From assembly GCA_950097015.1 (NCBI GenBank), contig CATNEN010000007.1, positions 2,356,001 through 2,420,000 on the forward strand: a DNA stretch of 64,000 nucleotides. The letters are read 5' to 3'. This DNA comes from Macrostomum hystrix (Eukaryota; Animalia; Platyhelminthes). The notes under the pieces are model-generated. The model saw only the letters and a program-made list of their open reading frames with translations, searched no databases and had not been told where the DNA came from. Positions within the stretch are counted from its first letter, which is position 1. Every line of letters starts with the position of its first letter. The translations under genes were made by a program, and so were the position numbers. Positions 1-12,628 of the stretch are shown in pieces.

Positions 1-3000
1 CCAACTAGAGAGAATCGATAATCCAAACTAGACAGAATTGATAATCCAACTAGAGAGAATCGATAATCCAACTAGAGATAATCGATAATCCAACTAGAGA
101 GAATCGATAATCCAAACTAGAGAGAATCGATAATCCAAACTAGACAGAATTGATAATCCAACTAGAGAGAATCGATAATCCAAACTAGACAGAATTGATA
201 ATCCAACTAGAGAGAATCGATAATCCAAACTAGACAGAATTGATAACCCAACTAGAGAGAATTGATAATCCAAACTAGAGGGAATCGATAATCCAACTAG
301 AGAGAATCGATAATACAAACTAGAGGGAATCGATAATCCAACTAGAGAGAATCGATAATACAAACTAGACAGAATTAATAATCCAACTAGAGAGAATCGA
401 TAATCCAACTAGAGAGAATCGATCATTTAACTAGAGAGAATCGATAATCCAACTAGAGAGAATCGATAATCCAACTAGAGAGAATCGATAATCCAAACTA
501 GAGAGAATCGATAATCCAAACTAGACAGAATTGATAATCCAACTAGAGAGAATCGATAATACAAACTAGGCAGAATTGATAATCCAACTAGAGAGAATCG
601 ATAATCCAAACTAGAGAGAATCGATAACCCAACTAGAGAGAATTGATAATCCAAACTAGACAGAACCGATAATCCAACTAGAGAGAATCGATAATCCAAA
701 CTAGACAGAATTGATAATCCAACTAGAGAGAATCGATAATCCAACTAGAGAGAATCGATAATCCAAACTAGAGAGAATCGATAATCCAAACTAGAGGGAA
801 TCGATAATCCAACTAGAGAGAATCGATAATACAAACTAGACAGAATTGATAATCCAACTAGAGAGAATCGATAATACAAACTAGGCAGAATTGATAATCC
901 AACTAGAGAGAATCGATAATCCAAACTAGAGAGAATCGATAACCCAACTAGAGAGAATTGATAATCCAAACTAGACAGAACCGATAATCCAACTAGAGAG
1001 AATCGATAATCCAAACTAGACAGAATTGATAATCCAACTAGAGAGAATCGATAATCCAACTAGAGAGAATTGATAATCCAAACTAGACAGAACCGATAAT
1101 CCAACTAGAGAGAATCGATAATCCAAACTAGACAGAATTGATAATCCAACTAGAGTGAATCGATAATCCAACTAGAGAGAATTGATAACCCAACTAGAGA
1201 GAATTGATAATCCAAACTAGAGGGAATCGATAATCCAACTAGAGAGAATCGATAATACAAACTAGACAGAATTAATAATCCAACTAGAGAGAATCGATAA
1301 TCCAACTAGAGAGAATCGATCATTTAACTAGAGAGAATCGATAATCCAACTAGAGAGAATCGATAATCCAACTAGAGAGAATCGATAATCCAAACTAGAG
1401 AGAATCGATAATCCAAACTAGACAGAATTGATAATCCAACTAGAGAGAATCGATAATACAAACTAGGCAGAATTGATAATCCAACTAGAGAGAATCGATA
1501 ATCCAAACTAGAGAGAATCGATAACCCAACTAGAGAGAATTGATAATCCAAACTAGACAGAACCTATAATCCAACTAGAGAGAATCGATAATCCAAACTA
1601 GACAGAATTGATAATCCAACTAGAGAGAATCGATAATCCAACTAGAGAGAATCGATAATCCAAACTAGAGAGAATCGATAATCCAAACTAGACAGAATTG
1701 ATAATCCAACTAGAGAGAATCGATAATACAAACTAGGCAGAATTGATAATCCAACTAGAGACAACTGATAATCCAACTAGAGAGAATCGATAATCCAAAC
1801 TAGACAGAATTGATAATCCAACTAGAGAGAATCGATAATCCAACTAGAGAGAATCGATAATCCAACTAGAGAGAATCGATAATCCAAACTAGAGAGAATC
1901 GATAATCCAAACTAGACAGAATTGATAATCCAACTAGAGAGAATCGATAATCCAACTAGAGAGAATCGATAATCCAAACTAGAGAGAATCGATAATCCAA
2001 ACTAGACAGAATTGATAATCCAACTAGAGAGAATCGATAATCCAAACTAGACAGAATCGATAATCCAAACTTGACAGAATTGATAATCCAACTAGAGAGA
2101 ATCGATAATACAAACTAGGCAGAATTGACAATCCAACTAGAGACAACTGATAATCCAACTAGAGAGAATCGATAATCCAAACATGAGAGAATCGATAATA
2201 CAAACTAGGCAGAATTGACAATCCAACTAGAGACAACTGATAATCCAACTAGAGAGAATCGATAATCCAAACTAGACAGAACCGATAATCCAACTAGAGA
2301 GAATCGATAATCCAAACTAGACAGAATTGATAATCCAACTAGAGAGAATCGATAATCCAACTAGAGAGAATCGATAATCCAAACTAGAGAGAATCGATAA
2401 TCCAAACTAGAGAGAATCGATAATCCAAACTAGACAGAATTGATAATCCAACTAGAGAGAATCGATAATCCAAACTAGACAGAATTGATAATCCAACTAG
2501 AGAGAATTGATAATCCAAACTAGAGGGAATCGATAATCCAACTAGAGAGAATCGATAATACAAACTAGACAGAATTAATAATCCAACTAGAGAGAATCGA
2601 TAATCCAAACTAGAGAGAATCGATAATCCAAACTAGACAGAATTGATAATCCAACTAGAGAGAATCGATAATCCAAACTAGACAGAATTGATAATCCAAC
2701 TAGAGAGAATCGATAATACAAACTAGAGTGAATCGATAATCCAACTAGAGAGAATTGATAACCCAACTAGAGAGAATTGATAATCCAAACTAGACATAAC
2801 CGATAATCCAACTAGAGAGAATCGATAATCCAAACTAGAGAGAATCGATCATTTAACTAGAGAGAATCGATAATCCAACTAGAGAGAATCGATAATCCAA
2901 CTAGAGAGAATCGATAATACAAACTAGACAGAATCGATAATCCAACTAGAGAGAATCGATAATCCAAACTAGAGAGAATCGATAATCCAAACTAGACAGA

Positions 3001-3681
3001 ATTGATAATCCAACTAGAGAGAATCGATAATCCAAACTAGACAGAATTGATAATCCAACTAGAGAGAATCGATAATACAAACTAGAGTGAATCGATAATC
3101 CAACTAGAGAGAATTGATAACCCAACTAGAGAGAATTGATAATCCAAACTAGACAGAACCGATAATCCAACTAGAGAGAATCGATAATCCAAACTAGAGA
3201 GAATCGATAATCCAACTAGAGAGAATCGATAATCCAACTAGAGAGAATCGATAATCCAACTAGAGAGAATCGATAATACAAACTAGAGAGAATCGATAAT
3301 CCAACTAGAGAGAATCGATCATTTAACTAGAGAGAATCGATAATCCAACTAGAGAGAATCGATAATCCAACTAGAGAGAATCGATAATACAAACTAGAGA
3401 GAATCGATAATCCAACTAGAGAGAATCGATCATTTAACTAGAGAGAATCGATAATCCAACTAGAGAGAATCGATAATCCAACTAGAGAGAATCGATAATA
3501 CAAACTAGAGAGAATCGATAATCCAACTAGAGAGAATCGATAATCCAAACTAGACAGAATTGATAATCCAACTAGAGAGAATCGATAATCCAACTAGAGA
3601 GAATCGATAATCCAACTAGAGAGAATCGATAATCCAAACTAGAGAGAATCGATAATCCAACTAGAGAGAATCGATAATCCA
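1..3681. repeat. Tandem satellite of mixed 22-bp and 23-bp units (CCAACTAGAGAGAATCGATAAT / CCAAACTAGACAGAATTGATAAT); runs off the window start
   Basis: Units read directly from the sequence. Minus-strand ORFs here repeat every 15 aa, equal to the 45-bp dimer. A degenerate tail with a duplicated ~52-bp block follows at ~3682-3870. Lies downstream of the splice donor at 3941, so it is probably intronic. Confidence 0.97.
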
Positions 3682-3941
3682 GGAAAACCATTAATGCCAC
3701 TAATGAGGAGAATCGATAATCTCGAAAGAAGAACCAATAATGCCACTAATGAGGAGAATCGATAATCTCGAAAGAAGAACCAATAATGCCACTAATCTTA
3801 TGGTAAATCCAACTTAAGAGAATCGGCTATCCCACTGAAAATCGATAATCCTTAAAAATCGATAATCCTTAGAAATCGTTAATACTGCTAACAAACATGA
3901 CAGCTAATCCTATTAAAATGGACAATCCCAAAAGCGCTCAC

Positions 3942-6900
3942 CATGAAGGCATCGGCCAGAGTGTTTCCACCGGTGGCAGCCAGCAGGCAGTCGGTCTCCC
4001 TGGCCAGATTGGTCACAAAGCAGACCCAGGCCAGCCGCACAGCTGCATCAGCCGTCATCAGCTGGGCAGCGCTGGACGGCACCGGCAACTCGCCGCCATT
4101 CGCTGCGTCGATTGTGGAGGCCAAGGCGGAGCGGCAGGCGCCGGGCTCGGATGTCAGGTTGCTCAGCAGCGTCAGGCACTGGCGCAGACGCCGCTGCTGA
4201 TCAGAAGACGGCGATGAAGGACTGGCGGACTCCAGCAGCTGGAGGCGCAGCTCGACCAGGAAGCCGGGCAGAAGCGACAGCAGGCGGGGCCGGCAGGACT
4301 CGTACAGTGCCAGGTTGGCCAGCAGCTGGAGTGCGTACTGGGCCAGGCGGGGCGAAGCTGAGACATTGGCCGCCACGCTGCTGGCGATGTCAGCAATGGC
4401 CGGCTGGTTGGAGGGCACGCCTGGGTTGGGGCGAGGCGGTGGGGTTTCTGCTTGTGCGTGCCAACAGGAAATAGGGACTCAGCAGTTTTTAGTTCACGGG
4501 TTTGGAGATAAGGTGAGATTAGATAGCGGGACAATCAGACAGGGGAGATAATACTAAAGGTAGATAATAGACAGGGGAGATAATACTCAAGGTAGATAAT
4601 AGACGGGGGAGGTAATAGACAGGGGAGATAATACTCAAGGTAGATAATAGACGGGGGAGATAATACTTAAGGTAGATAATAGACGGGGGAGGTAATACTC
4701 AAGGTAGATAATAGACGGGGGAGGTAATAGACAGGGGAGATAATACTAAAGGTAGATAATAGACAGGGGAGATAATACTCAAGGTAGATAATAGACGGGG
4801 GAGGTAATAGACAGGGGAGATAATACTCAAGGTAGATAATAGACGGGGGAGATAATACTCAAGGTAGATAATAGACGGGGGAGGTAATAGACAGGGGAGA
4901 TAATACTCAAGGTAGATAATAGACAGGGGAGATAATACTCAAGGTAGATAATAGACAGGGGAGATAATACTCAAGGTAGATAATAGACAGGGGAGATAAT
5001 ACTCAAGGAAGATAATAGACGGGGGAGATAATACTCAAGGTAGATAATAGACAGGGGAGATAATACTCAAGGTAGATAATAGACAGGGAGATAATAGACA
5101 AGGTAGATCGGGTAGATAAATAGACAGTATAGAAAATCGACAGGGAAGAGACAAGATAGAAGAGAGATAAGACATAGGAGAGACTAGACAAGGGTTAGAT
5201 TAGACAGGAGAGAGATTACACATTGGAAAGACTAGACAGAAAGACCAGAAAGACCAGCAGTCAGGCCGCTCACCGGAGAAGTTGATGAGGTTAAGCAGGC
5301 ACTGCAGCCGGACCTCCACAGCGGCTGAGTCGGAGCTGCCAACCCGACCGGTTCGGCGGAAAGCGTCGCAGATGGCGGCGACCAGGCAGCCACCGCGGCT
5401 GAGCCGGTCCATGTGGTGCTGGAACTGGGCCAGCCGGCCAATGAGCTGCATAGTCCTGACAGTGTCCGAGTCGCTGCCGCTAACCAGACACCTGGCCAGA
5501 ACCAGCGAGTCGCGATCTGTGAGCTGAACACTGGCGCAGTCGGATTTGCTCATTGCGGCCAGCCTGCTGGCAATGAACTCAGGCGTCAGATCATCAGGCA
5601 CATCGCCAACTGAAGAAGCGCTGTTAGCCGCAGCCTCTGAGTTAGACACCTTGGCTGCTTTGATTTCCTGTAGAAAATTAAAAAGATCAAACAGACAGGA
5701 TGTTTCTTCCGCATTGCTATAATAAAAGTTAAATAGGCCAGTTTGTGTACAGACCTGCTCAAAGTCTGAGTCGATAATCTCAGTTTCTGAGCTGGCAGCG
5801 GCGGCACCCAAATCATTCTGAGCTGATTTGTAAGCATCGGATCGAGCCGTCAATACTCGGCTGCTTGCCGTAGAATCATCTATGACAGTCTCGTCTGCTG
5901 CGGTGGACGATGCCGGTTCTTCCTCAACTATGGGAGTAACGGTGGACGATGCCGGTTCTTCCTCAACTATGGGAGTAACGGTGGACGATGCCGGTTCTTC
6001 CTCAACTATGGGAGTAACATGACGCCGTTTGATGGGCCCGGCAGCTTCTGGAGGCCTGACTGAAGTGTCAGCGGGTAGAGACTCCATTTGTAAGTCTTCA
6101 GAGGCTGCTGAAGCTACCAACGATTCCACAGCCTCCAGCTCCGAGTTAGCCAATGATTCATCAGGCTTGGCTGGACTCTCAGCCGATTGGTTTGCTTCCT
6201 GCTGCTTTGTTGATTTACCTGAGTTACAAAAGAAAAAATTGGCTGATTTAGGTTGCAATTTTCAGCTTGGCCACGCAATAACTAGCCAAATACTTTATAA
6301 TTTTCAGTTATTACAAAGTTTATCAGCATACTGTACTTAATACATATAACTTCCATTGATTATATTAAAATTACAGTCAGAAGAAATCACGTTACAACCA
6401 ATGCTAGCTAATGGATCATAAAGTTTAACTATCATAGCTATCTCTTAATAGTATAAGAATGTTTCAAAGCAGGCTACTTAAAAACAGTCTTTTTACTACT
6501 TTTAGCATGAAAACATGTTCAAAAAGATTCAAATATTGTCACTCATAGGACAAAAAGTTGGATGCAAAGATTAATTTTTGCATAGAAACATGCATAGTAA
6601 AGAAAAAAAGTATACCTAGAAAATATTTAAAAAGAGCTCAACATTAGTGGTAACAAAAAACAGAATCACATTACTAAAAATTTAATTTACTGCTTTTTGG
6701 ATTTAACTTTTTTAGTTTCAAAGAAACTCCTTTTTAAATAAATTGCATAAGGGTAAACATGTCATGTTTTCTAGCATGCAATCTATGTTAGTGACATTTT
6801 ACTGCGCAGTAAAAATGGCTAACTTTACTACATAGTAATGTCAAATGCAGTGAAGTTAGTGGTTTTTACTGCACTGTTTATAACATATTAAAAAACCACA

Positions 6901-7642
6901 CTGACCTCATTTCAGGCTCGGACTATGAGGTGGACTATGCCGAATTTACTGCACTGTTTAAATAACCTTATTTTAGGCTTGGACTATGCAGTGGACTAAA
7001 AATAGCTTCTTGATTGGCAAAGCCATTAAACAGTGTGGTAAATTCCACATAGTCCACCGCATAGTCAAAGCCTGAAATGAGGTTATTTAAACAGTGCAGT
7101 AAATTCCGTATAGTCCAGTGCATAGTCTGAGCCTGAAATCAGGCTTGGACTCAGGTTTGACATTACTATGTGGTAAAGTTAGTGGTTTTTACTGCGTGGT
7201 AAAATGTCACTAATATATGCAATCTAGCCACCAGCATAGATGACAATAAGGCCTAGCTAGATACATAACTATCTATTGCTAATGCAATCATATTACTCGG
7301 CTACCAAACCTTGATTAATAAATGTCAGGCCTACAGTCGACAGGCCACAGCACGGCAGTAATGGATAGGCCCTAGGGTAACTATATTCTATCTATTCTTG
7401 CAAAGAATTGCATAGAACTAATTAGGCGGCATTAGGCCTATGCCATTGGACAATGGGCTATATATATCAGTAATATTTTCTCCGAAAAACTTACTCTCGA
7501 ATTCTTTGCCTTGTGTAATTTGTTTTACATTCAGATAGCGATTGCGAAGGTAAATAAGCCAGCTGGTTAATGCAGTTGCAGCTCCAACACCAACCAATGC
7601 TAGAGTGCGACGCCCAAGTACATTGTTTAGTGATAACGCCAT
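3942..7642 (-). CDS. Armadillo-repeat protein with N-terminal membrane anchor, ARMC10/ARMCX-like (3' exons lie before the window start)
   Basis: Exons 7642-7495 (ATG; hydrophobic LALVGVGAATALTSWLIYL; donor GTAAGT), 6218-5755, 5667-5274 and 4420 (or 4447)-3942 (donor GTGAGC). All junctions are phase-compatible GT-AG. Helical ARM-like segments LQCLLNLINFS, ALQLLANLAL and CLTLLSNLT follow an acidic linker, the layout of the ARMC10/ARMCX family. Confidence 0.7.
4537..5095. repeat. 32-bp intronic minisatellite (AGACAGGGGAGATAATACTCAAGGTAGATAAT)
   Basis: Direct tandem repetition between ARM-gene exons 3 and 4, with some shortened units. Confidence 0.93.
5902..6018 (-). repeat. Three identical in-frame 39-bp exonic repeats encoding VTPIVEEEPASST
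   Basis: GGTGGACGATGCCGGTTCTTCCTCAACTATGGGAGTAAC at 5902, 5941 and 5980. Confidence 0.95.
6785..7216. mobile_element. Non-autonomous fold-back DNA transposon (MITE) with long TIRs and 9-bp TSD, Mutator-like
   Basis: Left end ATGTTAGTGACATTTTACTGCGCAGTAAAAATGGCTAACTTTACTACATAGTAATGTCAAA is the reverse complement, with few mismatches, of the right end (~7156-7216). A further inverted block pairs ~6905-7000 with ~7050-7140. Direct repeat ATGCAATCT flanks it at 6776-6784 and 7217-7225. No ORF. Confidence 0.85.
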
Positions 7643-8344
7643 TGCTTCAAGCAAGTTTCACAATATTTTAAGTGTGAATATTTACAGAATACTGAGGACA
7701 ATATTTCGAATAATGAAACTGACCGAAAGCTAAATTTCCAGCTTTTGTTGGCGCTCTGACTGGTGCTGTTGAGTGAAATGCGAGTGTTTGTTTCATGGAA
7801 TATAAAAAGTTTTTAATTAATTAGTATAATATTTCATGCTTGCACTATCTAAGCCTTTTAAAAAAAATTTCCAGAAATAATTTGCATGACACTTCACTTT
7901 ATTTTATTTTTAGAAACACTTCTGTTTTGTTACTTCACACAGTTATAAGTTCGCGGCATGCTAATAAATTTCACGTCACGAAGCCTGCTTTAGCGGTCCC
8001 TAGTAATGCATTTTGCTTAATAATTAAATGCAAATTAGATCAGCGACCCGATGCAGCTACATGCAGGTGGCTTAAACTGCTCGCTTTGAACTTGCAGACG
8101 ACCAAAAAATGCATTTATATTTGTTTATATCCTGATTGACTAATCTACGAGCAATAAGATAAAAGTATAGTACACACTACTGTTATGTACACACTACTGT
8201 AAGTAAATTAGGATTGCGGCAAAACACGTTGCATATGCCTTCATACCATTTTAGCTCTATAATTATTTTTGCAATTACTTTTCACACCGTTCGAAATTGA
8301 AGCGCTATTATTTTACTTATATATTTATTTAGGTTAGATTTTGG

Positions 8345-9000
8345 TTCGCGATCGTACTGGTGATGGACAGGGTAAATCCGGTCCGGCCTGCCATCTGCGG
8401 ACAACGGCTTCATGCTGTGTCCGCGCTCGAGCCGGCGGCCCCCGAGAAGAGGCTCTGCACTCTCGGCTACGCAGAGGACATCGCGCTGCTTCTTCGACGG
8501 TCAAAGGCGCCCAACAGCTGCTGGGTAGCCTGACAATGCGGCGGCGAGAGTCGGTCTCGTCGTGAACGCGCAGAAGACCGAGGTGCGACGGACAGCGCCA
8601 GGTCGCAGCTCTTCCAGTCGTTGCTCTATAATCCGGAGATCTGGACTCTGAAGGAGGCGCTCGAGGGGCAGCTCAACGCGACACATGCGGCCCTGCTTCG
8701 CGCTGCGTTTGGCGCCCGCCGCGGCCCAGGAAGCGAGACGACCGACCCCATGTACAAGCGAGCGCGACTGACGCGGCCTCCAACCTGCTGAGACAGCGGC
8801 GCCTCGGCTGGCTGGGCACGTGATCAGGGGTGAAGCCTCCTGCCCTGAGGCGCTGCAGGATGTGCTTCTGCAGTGGGCTCCGCAGGGACCGCGCAGGCGC
8901 GCGGACAGGGACGATCGGCCCGTTACATCGACCTGCTCTTCTCCGACGCGCGTGCCTCGAGCCAGGCTGATGGAGTGAAGCATGTCCGCGAACTAGCGTG
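8345..9000 (+). mobile_element. Decayed 5'-truncated non-LTR retrotransposon fragment (RTE-like reverse transcriptase C-terminal part)
   Basis: Frameshifted pieces FAIVLVMDRV, LCTLGYAEDIALL (YADD-like), STVKGAQQLLGSL, VGLVVNAQKTEV, SLLYNPEIWTLKEALEGQLNATHAALLRAAF, LAGHVIRGE and RYIDLLFSDA match the typical order in RTE-clade ORFs. Confidence 0.8.
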
Positions 9001-9738
9001 CGTTTTGATGCTTCCATCTGTTGTGTATTTAACACAGTGTTTGAATGTTGTAGCAAGCAAATAGCAAATAATGAACTAGTAGTAATATATCGCGTGGTCT
9101 AGAACACCATCCTTTCTTGGGCCACTGCGTGGCCGTTGTGTTGCGTTTTATTATTATTAGGCTTAGATTTCGTCTGCTCTTGCAGAACTTTAAACATTTC
9201 CACTTCCAAGGCCAATTCGATATATGCTCGACTCGAGCCTTTCGTGGTGAATATTGGATTTAACCAATGTGATGCGGAGGCCTCAGAAAAAACTTGTCCG
9301 CTAGGATTAGACTGCTAGTGCAGTATTTAGGCTTTGTGGTCATGAAACTGCGTATTTTAAAATTGACTGCATATACAGGCTCCTTCAATTTTTCTTTGAT
9401 GTAAATTTAGGACTAGCTGATTTAGTATTCTACAGACACTAAGTTAATTGCATCTAAATGCTGATTAATTGCTGGCCATTGTTGTTCCAGTCGACATCGT
9501 AAAAGCCAGTCCAAACAAGACTCATGTACACGAGTCTGCTGGCATTAATAATTAACTGCATTTCGCTAAATAATTCTTACTTTCTGCAATCAAATTTCCT
9601 ATTTTATTTCTAAGTGACAATCAAACTGACGATAGAAAATTTGTTCAGGCTCCGAGCGATCGACGTTTCGACTCCGTCTCGCATACGCTAGCTAAATAAA
9701 ATTGGCTTTCTTGACCGCGTGGCGCATTAACGCATGTA

Positions 9739-10872
9739 ATGGATCCGTTCAAAATTCTGCACCTAGTCCCCAGCCTGAAGGGCCACATCAGCAAGCTGGT
9801 GCAGGAGGACCAGGGCATGAAGCGAATTCTGAGGCCTGTCTACTGCAGATACACCAGTCCACCGAAGTTCATCGGTCTGCCGTTTACCGTATGCTTTAAC
9901 TATCCAGGTAACGTTACAAAAATAGATCTAAAATAGATTAAATCGGAGCTCTGTGTCCCGTCTTATTCGCTAAATTAGAAATTTGCTGCACCAAGTACAA
10001 GTTCTACTTCTCAGGCAAAAAAGTAAAGGGATGGCAGAGCGGTCTAACGCGTTTGCCTCTCGCACCAAGGTCCCTGAGCTCGATTCCGCGGTGAGGTCAC
10101 ATTTATTCGGGGTGCAGCCGCGGAGAGAAAGCTTCGGGTCGTGCAATTTACTCCCTTAAGGGCCAACCCTTAGGCACAGTGAAACTGTACACTGCCTGAC
10201 GATGCGAAAGTCCTGTGAGCGCGTGGGCCTGCGTATACGGTATCTGTGTGCGTGTGTGTTCAGGAGTCAGAATGGGCAGAATTGCCTCCTCGTTGGCTGC
10301 GGGTCTTAGTGTCACCAAATGACGTGAAATTGCACACAGCCCTACTGCAACCATAATTATTATTATCTGGCAACGAAAGCTAGATTCTGGTTGCCGCTAA
10401 TCTAGGTACCCAGGTCACCCACTCCGAGGTGAAGATGGCCATCGAGAATAAGCTGGAGATGCTGGCCGGCCAGTACATCATCCAGTGCATCCAGTTCCTG
10501 CCGCTAGCCAGCACTGTCAATGTGAAAGGCATGGAGAACCGCTGGGTGGTCACGTTCAACAGAAACGAGCCCAAACTCGAGCTGATCCGGTTCGGCGTCA
10601 AGCTGCGCGGCGTCTACGCCACTGTGCGTGACTACAGCGACGTCCAGCGTGTGGAAATGGCCCTCTGGCACCTCGCCCACCCGGACAAGCACGAGGACGT
10701 GCTGGGCAACAGTGTGGAGAGCTCTAGGCCAAGCACCACCGGCACCCGCAGCAGCCTGGCGGAGTCGCCATACAGCCACGGCAACACCGAGATTGACAGG
10801 GTGAAACGAATGCTGCTGAAGAGGAAGCCGTCCTTCTCTGAGCTGCAGGCGATGCTGCACGAGGGAGTGTGA
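9739..10872 (+). CDS. Uncharacterised 211-aa protein, two exons
   Basis: Exon 9739-9907 (donor GTAACG) joins exon 10406-10872 (acceptor CTAG) in phase 1, reading ...VCFNYPGTQVTHSEVKMAIENK.... GC3-rich codons. The intron contains a SINE. Confidence 0.75.
10028..10366 (+). mobile_element. tRNA-derived SINE, full-length copy
   Basis: A-box-like TGGCAGAGCGG and B-box-like GCTCGATTCC, ~330-bp body shared with the other copies, (ATT)n tail. Confidence 0.85.
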
Positions 10873-11487
10873 GCAGCTTTCAAGACAAGCCTTTTTCCTT
10901 TTCGAACCTTATATAGCTAGTCAAATCAAGTGACGATTTTTTGAGAGACTGTCGCATTCGCTAATTTGTGCTTCACTTTGTACATGATAAATATCTTAGC
11001 AATAAATTTCGAGAAAATGAAATCTAAGAATGACTGTATTTTGCCGAATTCTAATCAATGTAGGTTAAACTATCGTAATAAATAATACTCGTAGTTCGCT
11101 TGGCAGTCTAAGATGTTGAAGATCTTACACGAATATCACCCAAACAGCTCATTATAGCTAACTCGCAATAAAAGTAAGCATTCATGCTAAAAACTGGGAA
11201 GAAATAAACACAAGCAATCGAAAATTCATGTTTGATTTATTTGACAAGTCTTGTTTCAAAAAAGAAAAGCAATGCATGCAAAGCAAACTTGGTCTTGGAT
11301 TAGGTTATTCTAGTATTCACTAGACGTCGATACACCTGGGGTGAACAGTCAACTAAAATTCTGGATGAAAGATACTGTAGATAAAAATATTTTGCCTTCG
11401 CCCACTCGAATGGGCACATTCTCCAGTTGGTTCTCATAAAATCATAAACAGCAATCGATTCGCACACAGCAAGGGAGAGTCAGAAGC

Positions 11488-11760
11488 TCAGGACTGCGAC
11501 GAAGGAGCGTCCTTGTCAGTAGCTGCTGAAGGCAGCTGATCGCCCTTACGGGTATCATGCTTGACCTGGCTAGCACCCTCGGCCTGACCGCCATCCTCAG
11601 CTTCATTGAACTTCATCGACTGCTCAAATATCTGGTTGAAGTTGCGGGGCTTCATGGTTGCCACTTCGCTGTAGCGAAACGCCCGAGTCTCACAGGTCTG
11701 GACCTTCTCCTTCTGGTAGGCGAGGTCCAGATCGTACTTCTTTGAAGACGAGAACGGCAT
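11488..11760 (-). CDS. Putative small 90-aa protein (MPFSSSKKYDLDLAYQKEKVQ...)
   Basis: ATG at 11760. GC-rich, coding-like codon usage within an AT-rich context. No recognisable motif, and an upstream exon cannot be excluded. Confidence 0.4.
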   Translation of the reverse strand: MPFSSSKKYDLDLAYQKEKVQTCETRAFRYSEVATMKPRNFNQIFEQSMKFNEAEDGGQAEGASQVKHDTRKGDQLPSAATDKDAPSSQS

Positions 11761-12628
11761 GATTGGATTCGGGCTGTGCAAAACGGTGTAATGCGCCTGC
11801 TGATTGATACCAACTGATTTTTGAGATGAGCAGTTTATGACACTTTCATGTTCAGTTTCTTCTCGCATTGGGCTTGCCGTCCTATGAAGGCACGTTACGG
11901 CTATGGGCCATAGAACGTTATCTCTCAGTTCTCTTAGCGATAATAAGGTTAGTCTAAAATTAGGTCCAGTGGTCTTACTAAAGTGCAATTGCTTGTATCA
12001 TTTTAAAGAATTTCTGCTCTTATCTGTTTTAAATTTACTCGCATTTGAATACACTCTGCTAATCTTAATTTAATATATTCACATATTCAAGATTTTAGCT
12101 CTATTCTGTCAGTTGGCGCATTGCCTTTGCTCGCCTGTCTACGTACAGCAGTCAAATGTAGTAAAAAACGTTTCAAAGCATTTTATTGTCTTTCAATCCA
12201 CATGTGCATTCACTGCACTGGTGACGAGCACATTAACCAAAATTGACTAACGAAATGCATCAAAGAAAGCTCGCGGCTCCTAATTAAAAAAATTTGTGAT
12301 TAACTTTGGATCGGAATGTTACTGTCAAGGAAAAGACAATTCGATTTTATTTTAAACTTTCCTAGCTTACTTAATATATGCGCAGTGCATTGCTTCGCCT
12401 TGTTCTAGCGAGACTGACAAATTTAGATGATTGACGACTCAATGCGGGAGTTTGAGTGAGCGATGAGGCTTTGACCTGTGCTCGCCGAACAGAGAGCAAA
12501 ACACTGGGACATTGTTATAAAACTAGCTGTTTCATTCGATGACGTAGTCCTAAAGTTGAAAAAAGTGCTTAATATGTGGTCGATAGTCACTAGCGATGTG
12601 GCTCGTGCGCGCGATCCGCTCTGAACGC

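Noticed and set aside
94-2608. Minus-strand ORFs MDYRFSLVGLSILSSL... as proteins
   Set aside because: They are translations of the 22/23-bp satellite, with no unique sequence.
7509-7510. Non-canonical GC-AG donor for ARM gene exon 1
   Set aside because: A perfect phase-1 GTAAGT donor exists 15 bp further on (7494-7489).
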